From positions 124,001-188,000 of IMG/VR virus record IMGVR_UViG_3300032245_001860: 64,000 bases of DNA. One strand, written 5' to 3'. The notes beneath the pieces were generated by a model. That model made no database searches. It saw only the letters and a list, made by a program, of their open reading frames with translations, and was not told the origin of the DNA. A program made the position numbers and the translations under genes. Shown piece after piece: positions 9,072 to 18,400 of this stretch. Every line of letters starts with the position of its first letter. Within the stretch, counting starts at the first letter, position 1.

Positions 9072-12000
9072 ATGAAAAAGGTTGCAAAAGGTGGAGCAAT
9101 TACTATCAATAGTTTCTTAAATGAAGGTGATAGAAATGTAGCCAGAAATCACATGCTAAAGACAGCCTCCTCAAATATGAGAGAAGCTGCAAAAATTGGT
9201 TTGCAATCATTATATGCTGATCCGAAAGAAGTTTTAGAAAAATACAAAGATTTTGATATTGTTAAAGAAATGCAAGCTCGTAAAGGAGCTAAATTACTTT
9301 GGGTTAGAGCCAGAGCAATAGATGCAGATACTGTCAATGCAAATGGTGACTATTTTTCAAAAGAAGAACTTCTCAAGGAACATGAAATTAAGGGTGAAAA
9401 AATCCCTTCATATAAAACTTTTGAAGGCGTTCCAATTTACACTAACCACAAAAATGATGATATAGAACAAGCTAAAGGAATGGTTGTCTATGCAGAATGG
9501 GACGATAAAGAAAACTGTGTTTATTGTACCTTCTTTGTAGATGAAGAAGCTTATCCTGACATCGCAAGAAATATTAGAACTGGAGTAATTCATGATGTTT
9601 CTATGGGATGTTCTGTTGACTATGGTATTTGTTCAAAGTGTAAAAATAAAGCTTACACTGAAAAAGATTATTGTGAATGTTTGAAAAAATTTAAAGGCAA
9701 GACAGATCCTCAAAGTGGCAAAAAAGTTTATGAAGAAAACTACAAGTTGAAATTTATTGAACTTTCTTGTGTAGGTGATGGTGCTTTTGAAACTTGTGAA
9801 ATTCAAGAAATCTATGATGTAGATGATGTTTTAAGTGCTGCTGAAGATTTAGAAAAGAAAGCCAATGAAATATGTTCAAATATTGTTTTGGCTTTTGATG
9901 GTGCTCCTTCAAACCCAGCTGATAGATTGGCATATGAAAACTGTTTAAGAACCGCTCAATTTGCTTCTAAGACAGCAATAAAACTTGCTCAAAACGCTGG
10001 TACTTTAGTGGGTGGTCCTCTATTAGCCGGACCTGGTGCAAATCAAAATTCTACTGTATCAGCAGTTCTACAAGGTTTAGGTATTGATCCAAGATCAGCG
10101 CTTAATGTTTTAGACTTGATCAACTTATCACTTAACTTTCTTGAAGTTGGTGTTATGAATTTGTTTGCAAGAAAAGATAATGTTGACCTTACTCACGTTG
10201 GCAAGATTACTAAAGCAATGGCTGATTTACAGGGCACCATGCAAGATATGATTGATGATGGTGTTGATGTAGGATCTGGACAAAGACCACAACCAATCAA
10301 TGCAGGACAACAAACACAACAAGCTGTCGCACCTGCTCAAAATCCAACTAATGCTAATGTTGGATTAGCAAACTACACTAATACTGGAAATGTTGGGAGA
10401 ATTATGGATTTTTCAAATCCAATTGAGTCTAATCCAGTAGGTGGGGGTGTAGCCTTAGCAAGTTCAAATATTAATTTAGTTTGGGCTTCAAGAGATGGTA
10501 AAAGAGAAGTATTTGCCAGTACAAATAATAATGTTAGAGAACCATCAAGCAAAGTTTTAAGACTTACGGAAAATTTATTATCTTTAAAGAATGCACTTAA
10601 TGATAGTGAAATTCAAAAGAGAGTAGAAACAGTCATTAGAGTTTCTAATGAGAGAAATAAAAACATAAAAACTAATGCGCCTATTTTGGCGGAGGGCAGA
10701 AATCAAATGGATCATTTTGCAAAAATCGCATCAGAGCAAAGAAAAAAACTTGCTGCTGCTGTCACCATCGACTTTAAAGTTGAAGATGCTTCTGGCAATA
10801 GAGTTGTTTTATCTACTGATGGATCTATAACTGGATACACTGGTGGAAAAAGAACAGCTTGGGAACCTATTTTAACTGAAAATCAAATCAATATGATGGA
10901 AAGTGGTCAAGGTACAAGAGTTGCCGCTGAACTTTTAAATGAGTATGGTAAGTTTGTTAGAACTGCTTTGCTTGATGTTAAAGAAAGATTTGATGACAGA
11001 GAAAAGCAACTTGAAGAAGTAAGATCTGGAGAAGGCTACAATGGTAAATCCAGATACGATGCTATTTCTGAACAACATAAACCTGCTGCTAATGTTACAA
11101 GAGAAGAAGCTTTACAAGACAAGCAAACTGGCATGGGTGCTGATGATGTTAAAGAAAAATTGCTTGCTGACGCTGGACTTTATGGTAGAAAAGTTAAGGA
11201 TTTAGAAGTCAAGAAGTCTTTATTTACCTTAATTGATGAAGTAAATAAGGGTGTTCCAACTGAAGTTCTTGAAAAAAGATTGCAAGAATGTAGAGCGGAC
11301 GGCAAGGCTTCTGCTCATGAGATTATGACAGCAACAATAAATGCTTTGGGTAAAGCAGTTGTTGCTGCGATGGAAACTCCTAATACAATTATGAGAGTTG
11401 CACAAACTCTTGTAAATGAAGAAGCACTTCCTGAAATGGTTGGAACAGCTGCTGCTGCTGCACCAATGGATGAAGCAAATGCAGAAAAGGCAGAATTCTT
11501 TGGAACAGAAGAAGGCCCTATGGATTCTGTTACAGCAGTCCTTAAACAACTTGGAGCAGCTGTAAGTTCTGAAATCACTGCAAAAGATCTTTCTGATGCT
11601 TTGTCGGTTGCAGTTGAAGAAGGCGAAATCACAAAAGAAGGCGTTACAAGAATTGCTGAACTTTTGATGGCTGATGCTAATATTCCTGAAGAAGGGCTTG
11701 ATGTTGAAGCAACTCCATCAAAAAATGAAGAGCTTAAGCAAGCTTTGACAAGTGCAGTTGATTCTGATAAGAATTTAATTTCTAAAGAAGATCTTAAGTC
11801 CGCTATTTCTGCTATGGCAATGTCAACAGAAGAAGCTGGAGTTACACCAGACGAAGTTGTCGATACAGTTGACAGCATGCCTGAAAATCAACTTGTAGCT
11901 GCAATTAATAGAGCAAAAACTGCTTCAGCAACCGAAGCCAGATTGAGAGCAAGAGCAAGAAGAGAATTCTGGGGTGTCAAAATTGCCTCCACAAAAGATA

Positions 12001-13289
12001 TTAGCAATAATGTTATTGGCTGGCTTGCTGATTATTCTACAAACTTTGATATTTCTACCAAGAAAATTGCTTTAGCTGCTAAGAGACTTTGTGAAGATTA
12101 TGAAGTTGCTGAAAGATTGGTAGCGAAGGCCATTGAAACAAAAAATTCAATGGAAAAAACTGCTGGAATGAAGGTTACTCAAAACAAAACTGAATCTCTT
12201 ACTTTTGTTTGTACTGCAGAAGATTTAGATGGTATTTCTCCATCAGACGAAGGCTTTGAAGAATCATTCAAACAAAAGGCTATTTCTGTTCTCCAAGGTC
12301 ATGGATTTACTGTTGATCCAGGGACATTTACATTTACAGATTTGAATGTAAGTAGTACCGGAGATATTACAGCAAGAGTTTCAACAAATGTTACTAAATC
12401 TTTTGATGTTGATGAATCAACTGAAATGGATGCAGAATCACCTGTAGATGAATCTATTGAAGGGACTGTTGAAGGTCCTGTTCAAAATGGCGAAATTGTC
12501 ATGACAGATGCTGCAAGAGTTGCAAGAAGAGAAAGAAGAGCACAACTTTTAGCAAGATATGCTCAAGTTCCTGGTATGGGTGCTGCACCTACTGGACCAG
12601 CCCCTGGTCCAGTAGATCCTAATCTTGGAATCGGAGCTGCACCTGCAGCAACTGATCCTGGTATTTTAGGTATGACTGGTGGAACTCCTGAAGGAGAAGA
12701 TGAAGACCCTATGGCATCAGGAGACACAGAACCAGGCGAAAAGAAACCTTGGGGAAGCATTTGTCCAGTTTGTGGATCTGATGATGTAAACATTTCAGAA
12801 TCTAATGCAGACTGTCAATCATGTGGAACAACTTACAAGATTCTTCAATCTATTGAACTTATTTCACTTGGTGAAAAGGGTAAGGATGGAGCTGCACCTG
12901 AAGAAGGTGGAGAAGATCTTATGGGTGGTTTAGGTGAAATGACTGCACCTGCAGAAACTCCTATGCCAGGTGCTGAAGCTGGAATGGGTGCTCCTGCAGC
13001 TCCTGCAGCTCCAGGTATGGCTCCTGTAGCTAACCTTAAATCAATGTTTAGATTAGCTGCAACTGTAGATTCTGATGTATATCTAAGAACAGCAATGCCA
13101 GACTTTGATAGAGCAACAGAGAAGAGATTGCCAGTAGGTATGATCTGTCCAAGTTGTGGTTCAAGAGAAGCACACAAAGTTAGTAATAATACCTTCTGCT
13201 ATGACTGTGGAAACTATTCAAAAACAACAGTTGCATCCAATAAGAAGAATCCTTCAAAACTTGATGTAACTATCACATGGATTGATTAA
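9072..13289 (+). CDS. Prohead maturation protease fused to a long scaffold/internal-head region with two C-terminal zinc ribbons
   Basis: N-terminal HK97/assemblin-type protease motifs NANGDYF, PIYTNH (His), DVSMGC (Ser), FIELSCVGDGA. Long acidic Ala-rich middle. CPVC..CQSC and CPSC..CYDC ribbons. Confidence 0.75.
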   Translation: MKKVAKGGAITINSFLNEGDRNVARNHMLKTASSNMREAAKIGLQSLYADPKEVLEKYKDFDIVKEMQARKGAKLLWVRARAIDADTVNANGDYFSKEELLKEHEIKGEKIPSYKTFEGVPIYTNHKNDDIEQAKGMVVYAEWDDKENCVYCTFFVDEEAYPDIARNIRTGVIHDVSMGCSVDYGICSKCKNKAYTEKDYCECLKKFKGKTDPQSGKKVYEENYKLKFIELSCVGDGAFETCEIQEIYDVDDVLSAAEDLEKKANEICSNIVLAFDGAPSNPADRLAYENCLRTAQFASKTAIKLAQNAGTLVGGPLLAGPGANQNSTVSAVLQGLGIDPRSALNVLDLINLSLNFLEVGVMNLFARKDNVDLTHVGKITKAMADLQGTMQDMIDDGVDVGSGQRPQPINAGQQTQQAVAPAQNPTNANVGLANYTNTGNVGRIMDFSNPIESNPVGGGVALASSNINLVWASRDGKREVFASTNNNVREPSSKVLRLTENLLSLKNALNDSEIQKRVETVIRVSNERNKNIKTNAPILAEGRNQMDHFAKIASEQRKKLAAAVTIDFKVEDASGNRVVLSTDGSITGYTGGKRTAWEPILTENQINMMESGQGTRVAAELLNEYGKFVRTALLDVKERFDDREKQLEEVRSGEGYNGKSRYDAISEQHKPAANVTREEALQDKQTGMGADDVKEKLLADAGLYGRKVKDLEVKKSLFTLIDEVNKGVPTEVLEKRLQECRADGKASAHEIMTATINALGKAVVAAMETPNTIMRVAQTLVNEEALPEMVGTAAAAAPMDEANAEKAEFFGTEEGPMDSVTAVLKQLGAAVSSEITAKDLSDALSVAVEEGEITKEGVTRIAELLMADANIPEEGLDVEATPSKNEELKQALTSAVDSDKNLISKEDLKSAISAMAMSTEEAGVTPDEVVDTVDSMPENQLVAAINRAKTASATEARLRARARREFWGVKIASTKDISNNVIGWLADYSTNFDISTKKIALAAKRLCEDYEVAERLVAKAIETKNSMEKTAGMKVTQNKTESLTFVCTAEDLDGISPSDEGFEESFKQKAISVLQGHGFTVDPGTFTFTDLNVSSTGDITARVSTNVTKSFDVDESTEMDAESPVDESIEGTVEGPVQNGEIVMTDAARVARRERRAQLLARYAQVPGMGAAPTGPAPGPVDPNLGIGAAPAATDPGILGMTGGTPEGEDEDPMASGDTEPGEKKPWGSICPVCGSDDVNISESNADCQSCGTTYKILQSIELISLGEKGKDGAAPEEGGEDLMGGLGEMTAPAETPMPGAEAGMGAPAAPAAPGMAPVANLKSMFRLAATVDSDVYLRTAMPDFDRATEKRLPVGMICPSCGSREAHKVSNNTFCYDCGNYSKTTVASNKKNPSKLDVTITWID

Positions 13290-13293
13290 ATGC

Positions 13294-13330
13294 AATAAGA
13301 TTAGGGAGATTTGTTCTCCCTAATCTTATT
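13294..13330. terminator. 16-bp perfect hairpin (terminator or processing site)
   Basis: AATAAGATTAGGGAGA-TTTGT-TCTCCCTAATCTTATT. Confidence 0.7.
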
Positions 13331-13336
13331 TAATGC

Positions 13337-13361
13337 AGGTTTAAAAAATAAATTTGTAGAA
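13337..13361 (+). promoter_or_regulatory. Putative late promoter AGG-N17-TAGAA
   Basis: Follows the hairpin; upstream of the scaffold-decoration-MCP operon. Confidence 0.6.
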
Positions 13362-13420
13362 TAAAAAAGAAGTTTCTTGATATACAAGAATTTTGTATTT
13401 TATAAGGGAAGCAGCGAATA

Positions 13421-15022
13421 ATGGAAAAAATGAAGAAAGCCACTAATCAAGATAAATTCAAGGCACTTCGTCTTGCTGAAATTAAGCTCACTGACCAAGA
13501 AGATTACAAAAATTGCGTGAAAGATATGACCAGAACAGCTTCCCTTGATAAGGCTGAAGCAAAAGTTGTAGCTGATGCAATTAGATCTAAGTATCTTCCT
13601 AATGTTCTCAGAGAAGCTGGATTTGAGCCAGTAGATGTAAAACCTATGGTTAACACTGATTCAGAGGCAGAAGAGACTACAGACTTCGCAGATGATGAAA
13701 ACAACGATGATATGGAAGAAATGCATCATTTTGAAGATGATGAAGAAGATTTAGAAGAAGATTTTGAAGAAGATTCAGACGAAGTAGACGATGAAGAAAC
13801 AGCCAAATTTGAAATAGAAGTTCCCGCTGATATGGTTGACGCCGCACAAAAAGCTGTGCAAGAGGCGCTCGACAATCTTCTTGGCGGAGAAGATGACATG
13901 GACATGGATGAAGAAGATGACATGGACGATGAAGATGAAGATCTTGGTGAAGACATGGAAGATGAAGACATGGACATGGAAGATGAAGATATGGAAGAAG
14001 ATTCCGAGCCAAATATGCACACATCAAGTACTGGAGTTAATAAAATGACAAAGCAAGCATTGGCTGCTCGCCGTGCTCAAAGAGAAGCTATCTTAAAGAA
14101 GATTGCTTCCGAAGAAGAGAAATATCCGGCGTCCAGCTCATTTAAGTATAACGAAGATTTAGTAAATATGGAAGGCGAAGTTGATTATCCTTCTATGACA
14201 ATGGAAGGCAGTGAAGGAAACAGCCTTAAGGAACAAAACCCAACTTGGGCAGATCAAAAAGTTCCTACAAACAACGCTGATTCATTACAATTCCCAGATG
14301 TCACTAAGCCAATGAAATTTGAGGGATCTGGTGACGGATCTTTAGAATACACAGTAGATTGGGAATCATTAGAAAACCCTTCTGAGGGATTAGAAGATGT
14401 AAATCTTTTTGAAGTTCCTTCACAAATGCCATCAATGCCACATAAGACAACTGTTCCTAACTCAAGAGTTGCATCAACTGAGAAGGTTGCTGTTCAGTGT
14501 ACTACATGTGGACATAAAATGGAAATGTCAGAAGAAGAAATGGCTTCTGAAAATACCAAATGTCCAAATTGTGACAAAGATGATGACATGGAAGAAGATG
14601 AAGAAACAGATGTTGAATCTAATACAGCAGTAAAACCACTTCCTGGTGGCTATGTTGATATCAAGACTTCTGCTTCATTAGACACTGCAAGAATTAAGAC
14701 TGCTTATTCTTGCTCAAGCAAGTTAGCACTTGCTGGAATCATTGAAAGTTCAGACATTGACTCATATGCTGAGCAAATGCTTAACGATGATCTTAAAGCT
14801 GACGCAATGATTAGACAAACTAAACTTTTACTTTCTGCTGCTCAAGCATCAACTGAAAGAGTTGCTGCAGCTGCTGCTGAAAGAATGAGTGTTAGAACCG
14901 CTTCTGCAAACGGAATTTCAACATCCCCTGCATTCAATGGTAGCTCTGCTGCTAATAGTGCAGCTCTCGACATTCAAGGTGCCTTAAGAGGTACTTGGAC
15001 AATGCCACAAATCGAGGATTAA
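13421..15022 (+). CDS. Capsid scaffolding protein (acidic)
   Basis: 533 aa, long D/E/M tracts, a CxxC..CxxC finger, Ala-rich helical C-terminus, positioned between protease and capsid genes. Confidence 0.65.
   Translation: MEKMKKATNQDKFKALRLAEIKLTDQEDYKNCVKDMTRTASLDKAEAKVVADAIRSKYLPNVLREAGFEPVDVKPMVNTDSEAEETTDFADDENNDDMEEMHHFEDDEEDLEEDFEEDSDEVDDEETAKFEIEVPADMVDAAQKAVQEALDNLLGGEDDMDMDEEDDMDDEDEDLGEDMEDEDMDMEDEDMEEDSEPNMHTSSTGVNKMTKQALAARRAQREAILKKIASEEEKYPASSSFKYNEDLVNMEGEVDYPSMTMEGSEGNSLKEQNPTWADQKVPTNNADSLQFPDVTKPMKFEGSGDGSLEYTVDWESLENPSEGLEDVNLFEVPSQMPSMPHKTTVPNSRVASTEKVAVQCTTCGHKMEMSEEEMASENTKCPNCDKDDDMEEDEETDVESNTAVKPLPGGYVDIKTSASLDTARIKTAYSCSSKLALAGIIESSDIDSYAEQMLNDDLKADAMIRQTKLLLSAAQASTERVAAAAAERMSVRTASANGISTSPAFNGSSAANSAALDIQGALRGTWTMPQIED
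13889..14002 (+). repeat. Coding micro-repeat (GAAGAT/GACATG units) giving an EDDMDM acidic tract
   Basis: Visible tandem degenerate hexamers. Confidence 0.8.
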
Positions 15023-15051
15023 TCCTCACAAAATTTTAGGAGAAATATAAA

Positions 15052-15723
15052 ATGGCTATTCGTGCTTTAAACTCAGTAGTTGTCGCTAACTACGATACAA
15101 CTTCAACCGCTACATGGTCAGCAGGTGTAGGTCTTCAAAGATCCGCAACAGCTGGACAAGTTGCTCTTGCTCAAAGAGCTTATGGTGCTGGTGGAGGTGT
15201 AGGATTTACTGGTGGATTTGCAGGATTCTCTGCAGATGATACTGCAAGATCTGGTAATACCATGATCCTTGCTGACCCAGTAGGTGCATCTTATGTCGAT
15301 GCTTCAGGCGTTCTTCAAGCTAACAACAACGGTTTCTATGTTGTTTCAAAGAGAGCTATTGGCGACTTCCAAGCTGAAAACGTCAATGGATTAACAAACC
15401 CAACTGCTGGTTCCTCAGGTTATGAAGGTCCAAGAAGAGGCGTTGGAGTTTTCAATACACCAGGTGGACAATTTATTACTGACCAATTCAAGGCAGGAGC
15501 TGGTTCATCAACTTCCTTAGGTAACGCAGACACTGGTACTGCAACTTATGTCCCTGGTGCATTACTTACAATTGCTGCTGATGGTTCAGGAAAGATTGTC
15601 GAACTTGCTGGTACAGCTGTTGGTGTTGCGAACGTCTCTGGTGCAGGTATTACAATGCCAGTTGTTGGTGTTGTTGACCGCTATGACTCAGCTGCTGGTC
15701 TTCTTTACTTTACACAAAAGTAA
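15052..15723 (+). CDS. Head decoration/cement protein (putative)
   Basis: Gly/Ala/Thr-rich beta-type 223-aa protein, strong SD, highly biased codons, directly before the MCP. Confidence 0.6.
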   Translation: MAIRALNSVVVANYDTTSTATWSAGVGLQRSATAGQVALAQRAYGAGGGVGFTGGFAGFSADDTARSGNTMILADPVGASYVDASGVLQANNNGFYVVSKRAIGDFQAENVNGLTNPTAGSSGYEGPRRGVGVFNTPGGQFITDQFKAGAGSSTSLGNADTGTATYVPGALLTIAADGSGKIVELAGTAVGVANVSGAGITMPVVGVVDRYDSAAGLLYFTQK

Positions 15724-15756
15724 TAACTTAGGACTTATTTAAGGAGAAAAATTAAA

Positions 15757-16611
15757 ATGTCAATGATTAAAAGAAATACAAATGAGCAAAGAGAAGCCAT
15801 TATTGCAATGGCTCTCGAGACCCCAGAGGGTCGCACAGCTCTCGCACAAGCCATGGTTGAGCCAATCAAGACTTCCTTGATGTACCAAGCTATTGGTAGA
15901 AAGCTTCTCATGGTTGATGAGCTCCCACAAGGCGCTCTTGCAAGATATGAGAGAGACGTAGCAGTTAAGTCCTATGTCATTCCTAAGAGAGGTGCTGTTC
16001 CATCAGCTGAAGTTGAAGCAGAAGAGCTCATCGTTCCAACAATTGAACTTGCTGCTCATCCTCAAATTCGCTTGAATGAAATCAGACAAAGAAGATTCTA
16101 CATTGTCGATAGAGCTCAAGTCCGTGCTAAGGACTCCCTCCAAAGACAAGAAGATACTGAAGTCTTCAAGGTTATCAACGCAGGTGTTCCAACTGACCAA
16201 TCTATCTCTGTTTCCGGTACCCTCCAACCAGAGAACATTAACCTTGCTCTTACTCTTATTGAAGAGCACGAATTGATTGGTGCTAAGGTTGTTCTTCACC
16301 CACAAAGATACAAAGATATTAGAAACTGGGGCAAGGAATTCTTTGATGAGGCAACTCAAAGAGATATCCTCATGACTGGTCTTTATGGCCACATCTACTC
16401 AGCTGACATCCACGTTTCTACAATGGTTCCTAAGAACTCTGTTTACGTTCTTGCTCCAGCACAGTTCTGTGGTGCACTTCCAGTTCGCCAAGACATTACT
16501 GTTCTCCCAGCAGACGATCCAAAGAGACTTAGACTTGGATGGGTTGTTTATGAAGAGCTCGGATTTGCTCTCATTAACGACTATGCAGTTTCAAGAATCA
16601 CCGTTTCCTAA
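15757..16611 (+). CDS. Major capsid protein, HK97 fold (short, encapsulin-like, no delta domain)
   Basis: 284 aa; EPIKTSLMYQAIGRKLL..., AQVRAKDSLQRQEDTEVF, GLYGHIYSADIHVS, GWVVYEELGFAL; strong SD, biased codons, strong terminator behind it. Confidence 0.85.
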   Translation: MSMIKRNTNEQREAIIAMALETPEGRTALAQAMVEPIKTSLMYQAIGRKLLMVDELPQGALARYERDVAVKSYVIPKRGAVPSAEVEAEELIVPTIELAAHPQIRLNEIRQRRFYIVDRAQVRAKDSLQRQEDTEVFKVINAGVPTDQSISVSGTLQPENINLALTLIEEHELIGAKVVLHPQRYKDIRNWGKEFFDEATQRDILMTGLYGHIYSADIHVSTMVPKNSVYVLAPAQFCGALPVRQDITVLPADDPKRLRLGWVVYEELGFALINDYAVSRITVS

Positions 16612-16628
16612 TTTTATATTAGTCAAAC

Positions 16629-16663
16629 AAAAAAAGACCCTTCTTCGGAAGGGTCTTTTTTTT
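16629..16663. terminator. Bidirectional Rho-independent terminator with a cUUCGg tetraloop
   Basis: A7-GACCCTTC-TTCG-GAAGGGTC-T8. Confidence 0.9.
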
Positions 16664-16681
16664 GTCTATTTATTCTTATTG

Positions 16682-16710
16682 TTTACAAAAAGTAGTTTTA
16701 AATGTAAAAT
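16682..16710 (+). promoter_or_regulatory. Sigma70-type promoter of the sugar operon (leaderless)
   Basis: TTTACA-N17-TAAAAT, ending 7 nt before ATG 16718; no SD. Confidence 0.7.
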
Positions 16711-16717
16711 AAAAAAA

Positions 16718-17434
16718 ATGAATATATTAATTCCTATGGCTGGATTAGGCTCAAGATTTCCAAATTCCAAACTTCCAAAGCCACTTATCAATGTCAATGG
16801 TAAACCTATGATACAAAGAGCAGTTGAATCAATGGGCATTGATGGTAAATTGATTTTCATAACTCGACTTGAACACAATTTTGAATTTCAATTAGATAAA
16901 AAACTTAAAGATTTATTTCCAGATTCCAAAGTCATATCAGTCGATTATTTGACTGAAGGTCCAGCATGTACAGCCATGCTTGCTAAAGATCTAATTGACA
17001 AAGATGAACCATTGATTATAGCAAATTGTGATCAAATAATGAATTGGGACCATGAGACTTTTAATTTATTTTGCAAAACATATCCTCATGATGGTTTTGT
17101 TGTAACTTATTTTGCTAACACTGAAAAAAACAGCTATGTAAATATTCGAAATAATGGATTTGCAAAAGAGTTAAAAGAAAAGCAAATAATTTCCAATATT
17201 TCGACCAATGGGATTCATTTTTGGAAAAAAGGTAGCGATTTTGTACAAAGTGTTATAAGGATGATTGAAAAAAACGACCGTGCACCAAACGGAGAATTTT
17301 ATATAGCTCCATCTTATAATTATCTTATTGAAGAAGATAAAAAAATTGGTATCTATCATATCCCTAACTGTCAACATTGGGCAGTTGGAACAGAAGAAGA
17401 TTTAGAGGAATATTTGAGGATTAATAATGACTAA
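16718..17434 (+). CDS. Sugar/polyol-phosphate nucleotidyltransferase (true start 16718, not 16385)
   Basis: MNILIPMAGLGSRF..PKPLI.V.GKPMI, TEGPACT, IANCDQ, EFYIAPSYN, WAVGTEED. Confidence 0.85.
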   Translation: MNILIPMAGLGSRFPNSKLPKPLINVNGKPMIQRAVESMGIDGKLIFITRLEHNFEFQLDKKLKDLFPDSKVISVDYLTEGPACTAMLAKDLIDKDEPLIIANCDQIMNWDHETFNLFCKTYPHDGFVVTYFANTEKNSYVNIRNNGFAKELKEKQIISNISTNGIHFWKKGSDFVQSVIRMIEKNDRAPNGEFYIAPSYNYLIEEDKKIGIYHIPNCQHWAVGTEEDLEEYLRINND

Positions 17435-18077
17435 CGATGAAATTATCAAAAACGACTTGGTTGCAGAAATTAGAATGTTTTCTGATGTAGATGACCATGA
17501 CTATAACGAAGATTTTTTTAGAATGAAACACCCTGGTATGCTTCCATGGCCAAAAGGTGGAGTCAAGACAGAATTTAGTGCTTGGAATAGATCTCAATTA
17601 ACTAAACATTTTTTGAAGGTTGCTCCACATGCTAAGGCTATTCTTGAAATTGGAGTTCACAGAAATGGTGAAGATTCTTCTACTTGGTGTTTTTTGAATT
17701 ATAAAAATAAAGACACATTTTATTTTGGTATTGATATTGTTGACAAATCTTTTTTAGATGATGAAGAAAATAATATTTATACTTTACAAGAAAATTCCTC
17801 ATACACAGAAAAGATTATGAAGGTTATTAGATCCAAAGGTATTGAAAAATTTGACTTCATTTTTATCGACGGTAAGCATAGTATCAATCAAGTATTAGAC
17901 GATTGGAAGTTTACTGAATACTTAGCAGATGGTGGTATTGTTGGCTTCCATGATACAAATTGTCATCCAGGGCCAATGTTATTTGTTGATCATCTTAATA
18001 CTGAAAAGTATAATGTTGAAAAGTGCTGTAAAACTTGGCTTGTTGATTATGGTATTTCATTTGTTTCAAGAAAATGA
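17427..18077 (+). CDS. Class I SAM-dependent methyltransferase (Methyltransf_24-like)
   Basis: ILEIGV, FDFIFIDGKHS...DDW, LADGGIVGFHD. Confidence 0.8.
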   Translation: MTNDEIIKNDLVAEIRMFSDVDDHDYNEDFFRMKHPGMLPWPKGGVKTEFSAWNRSQLTKHFLKVAPHAKAILEIGVHRNGEDSSTWCFLNYKNKDTFYFGIDIVDKSFLDDEENNIYTLQENSSYTEKIMKVIRSKGIEKFDFIFIDGKHSINQVLDDWKFTEYLADGGIVGFHDTNCHPGPMLFVDHLNTEKYNVEKCCKTWLVDYGISFVSRK

Positions 18078-18400
18078 TTATAGATAATATTTCTAACATG
18101 TTCAGAGGCTGGTTCATTGGAAACTTTGAACCAGCTATTTTCAAATCTAAAGATTTTGAAGTTGGAATTCTTTTTCATCCTAAAGGCGAAAAATGGCCTA
18201 AACATTATCATAAAGAAGCAGTAGAAGTTAATGTTTTAATGTCTGGTAGAATGACAATTAATGGAAAACTATTATCATCTGGTAATATATTTCTTATTGA
18301 AAAAAATGAAATTGCTGATCCTGAGTTTTTAGAAGATTGTACAATTGTATGTGTAAAAACTCCATCTATTCCTGGAGATAAATATGAGGTCAAAGAATGA
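18074..18400 (+). CDS. Cupin-domain protein
   Basis: GWFIGNFEP, KHYHKEAVE.NVLMSG cupin metal motif; ATGA overlaps at both ends. Confidence 0.8.
   Translation: MIIDNISNMFRGWFIGNFEPAIFKSKDFEVGILFHPKGEKWPKHYHKEAVEVNVLMSGRMTINGKLLSSGNIFLIEKNEIADPEFLEDCTIVCVKTPSIPGDKYEVKE

Noticed and set aside
15052-16611. Cellular encapsulin nanocompartment operon
   Set aside because: Portal, prohead protease, neck and tail genes show it is a phage head module.
16385-16717. N-terminal extension of the nucleotidyltransferase given by the ORF track
   Set aside because: It overlaps the MCP, crosses a terminator and a promoter; the family motif begins at ATG 16718.
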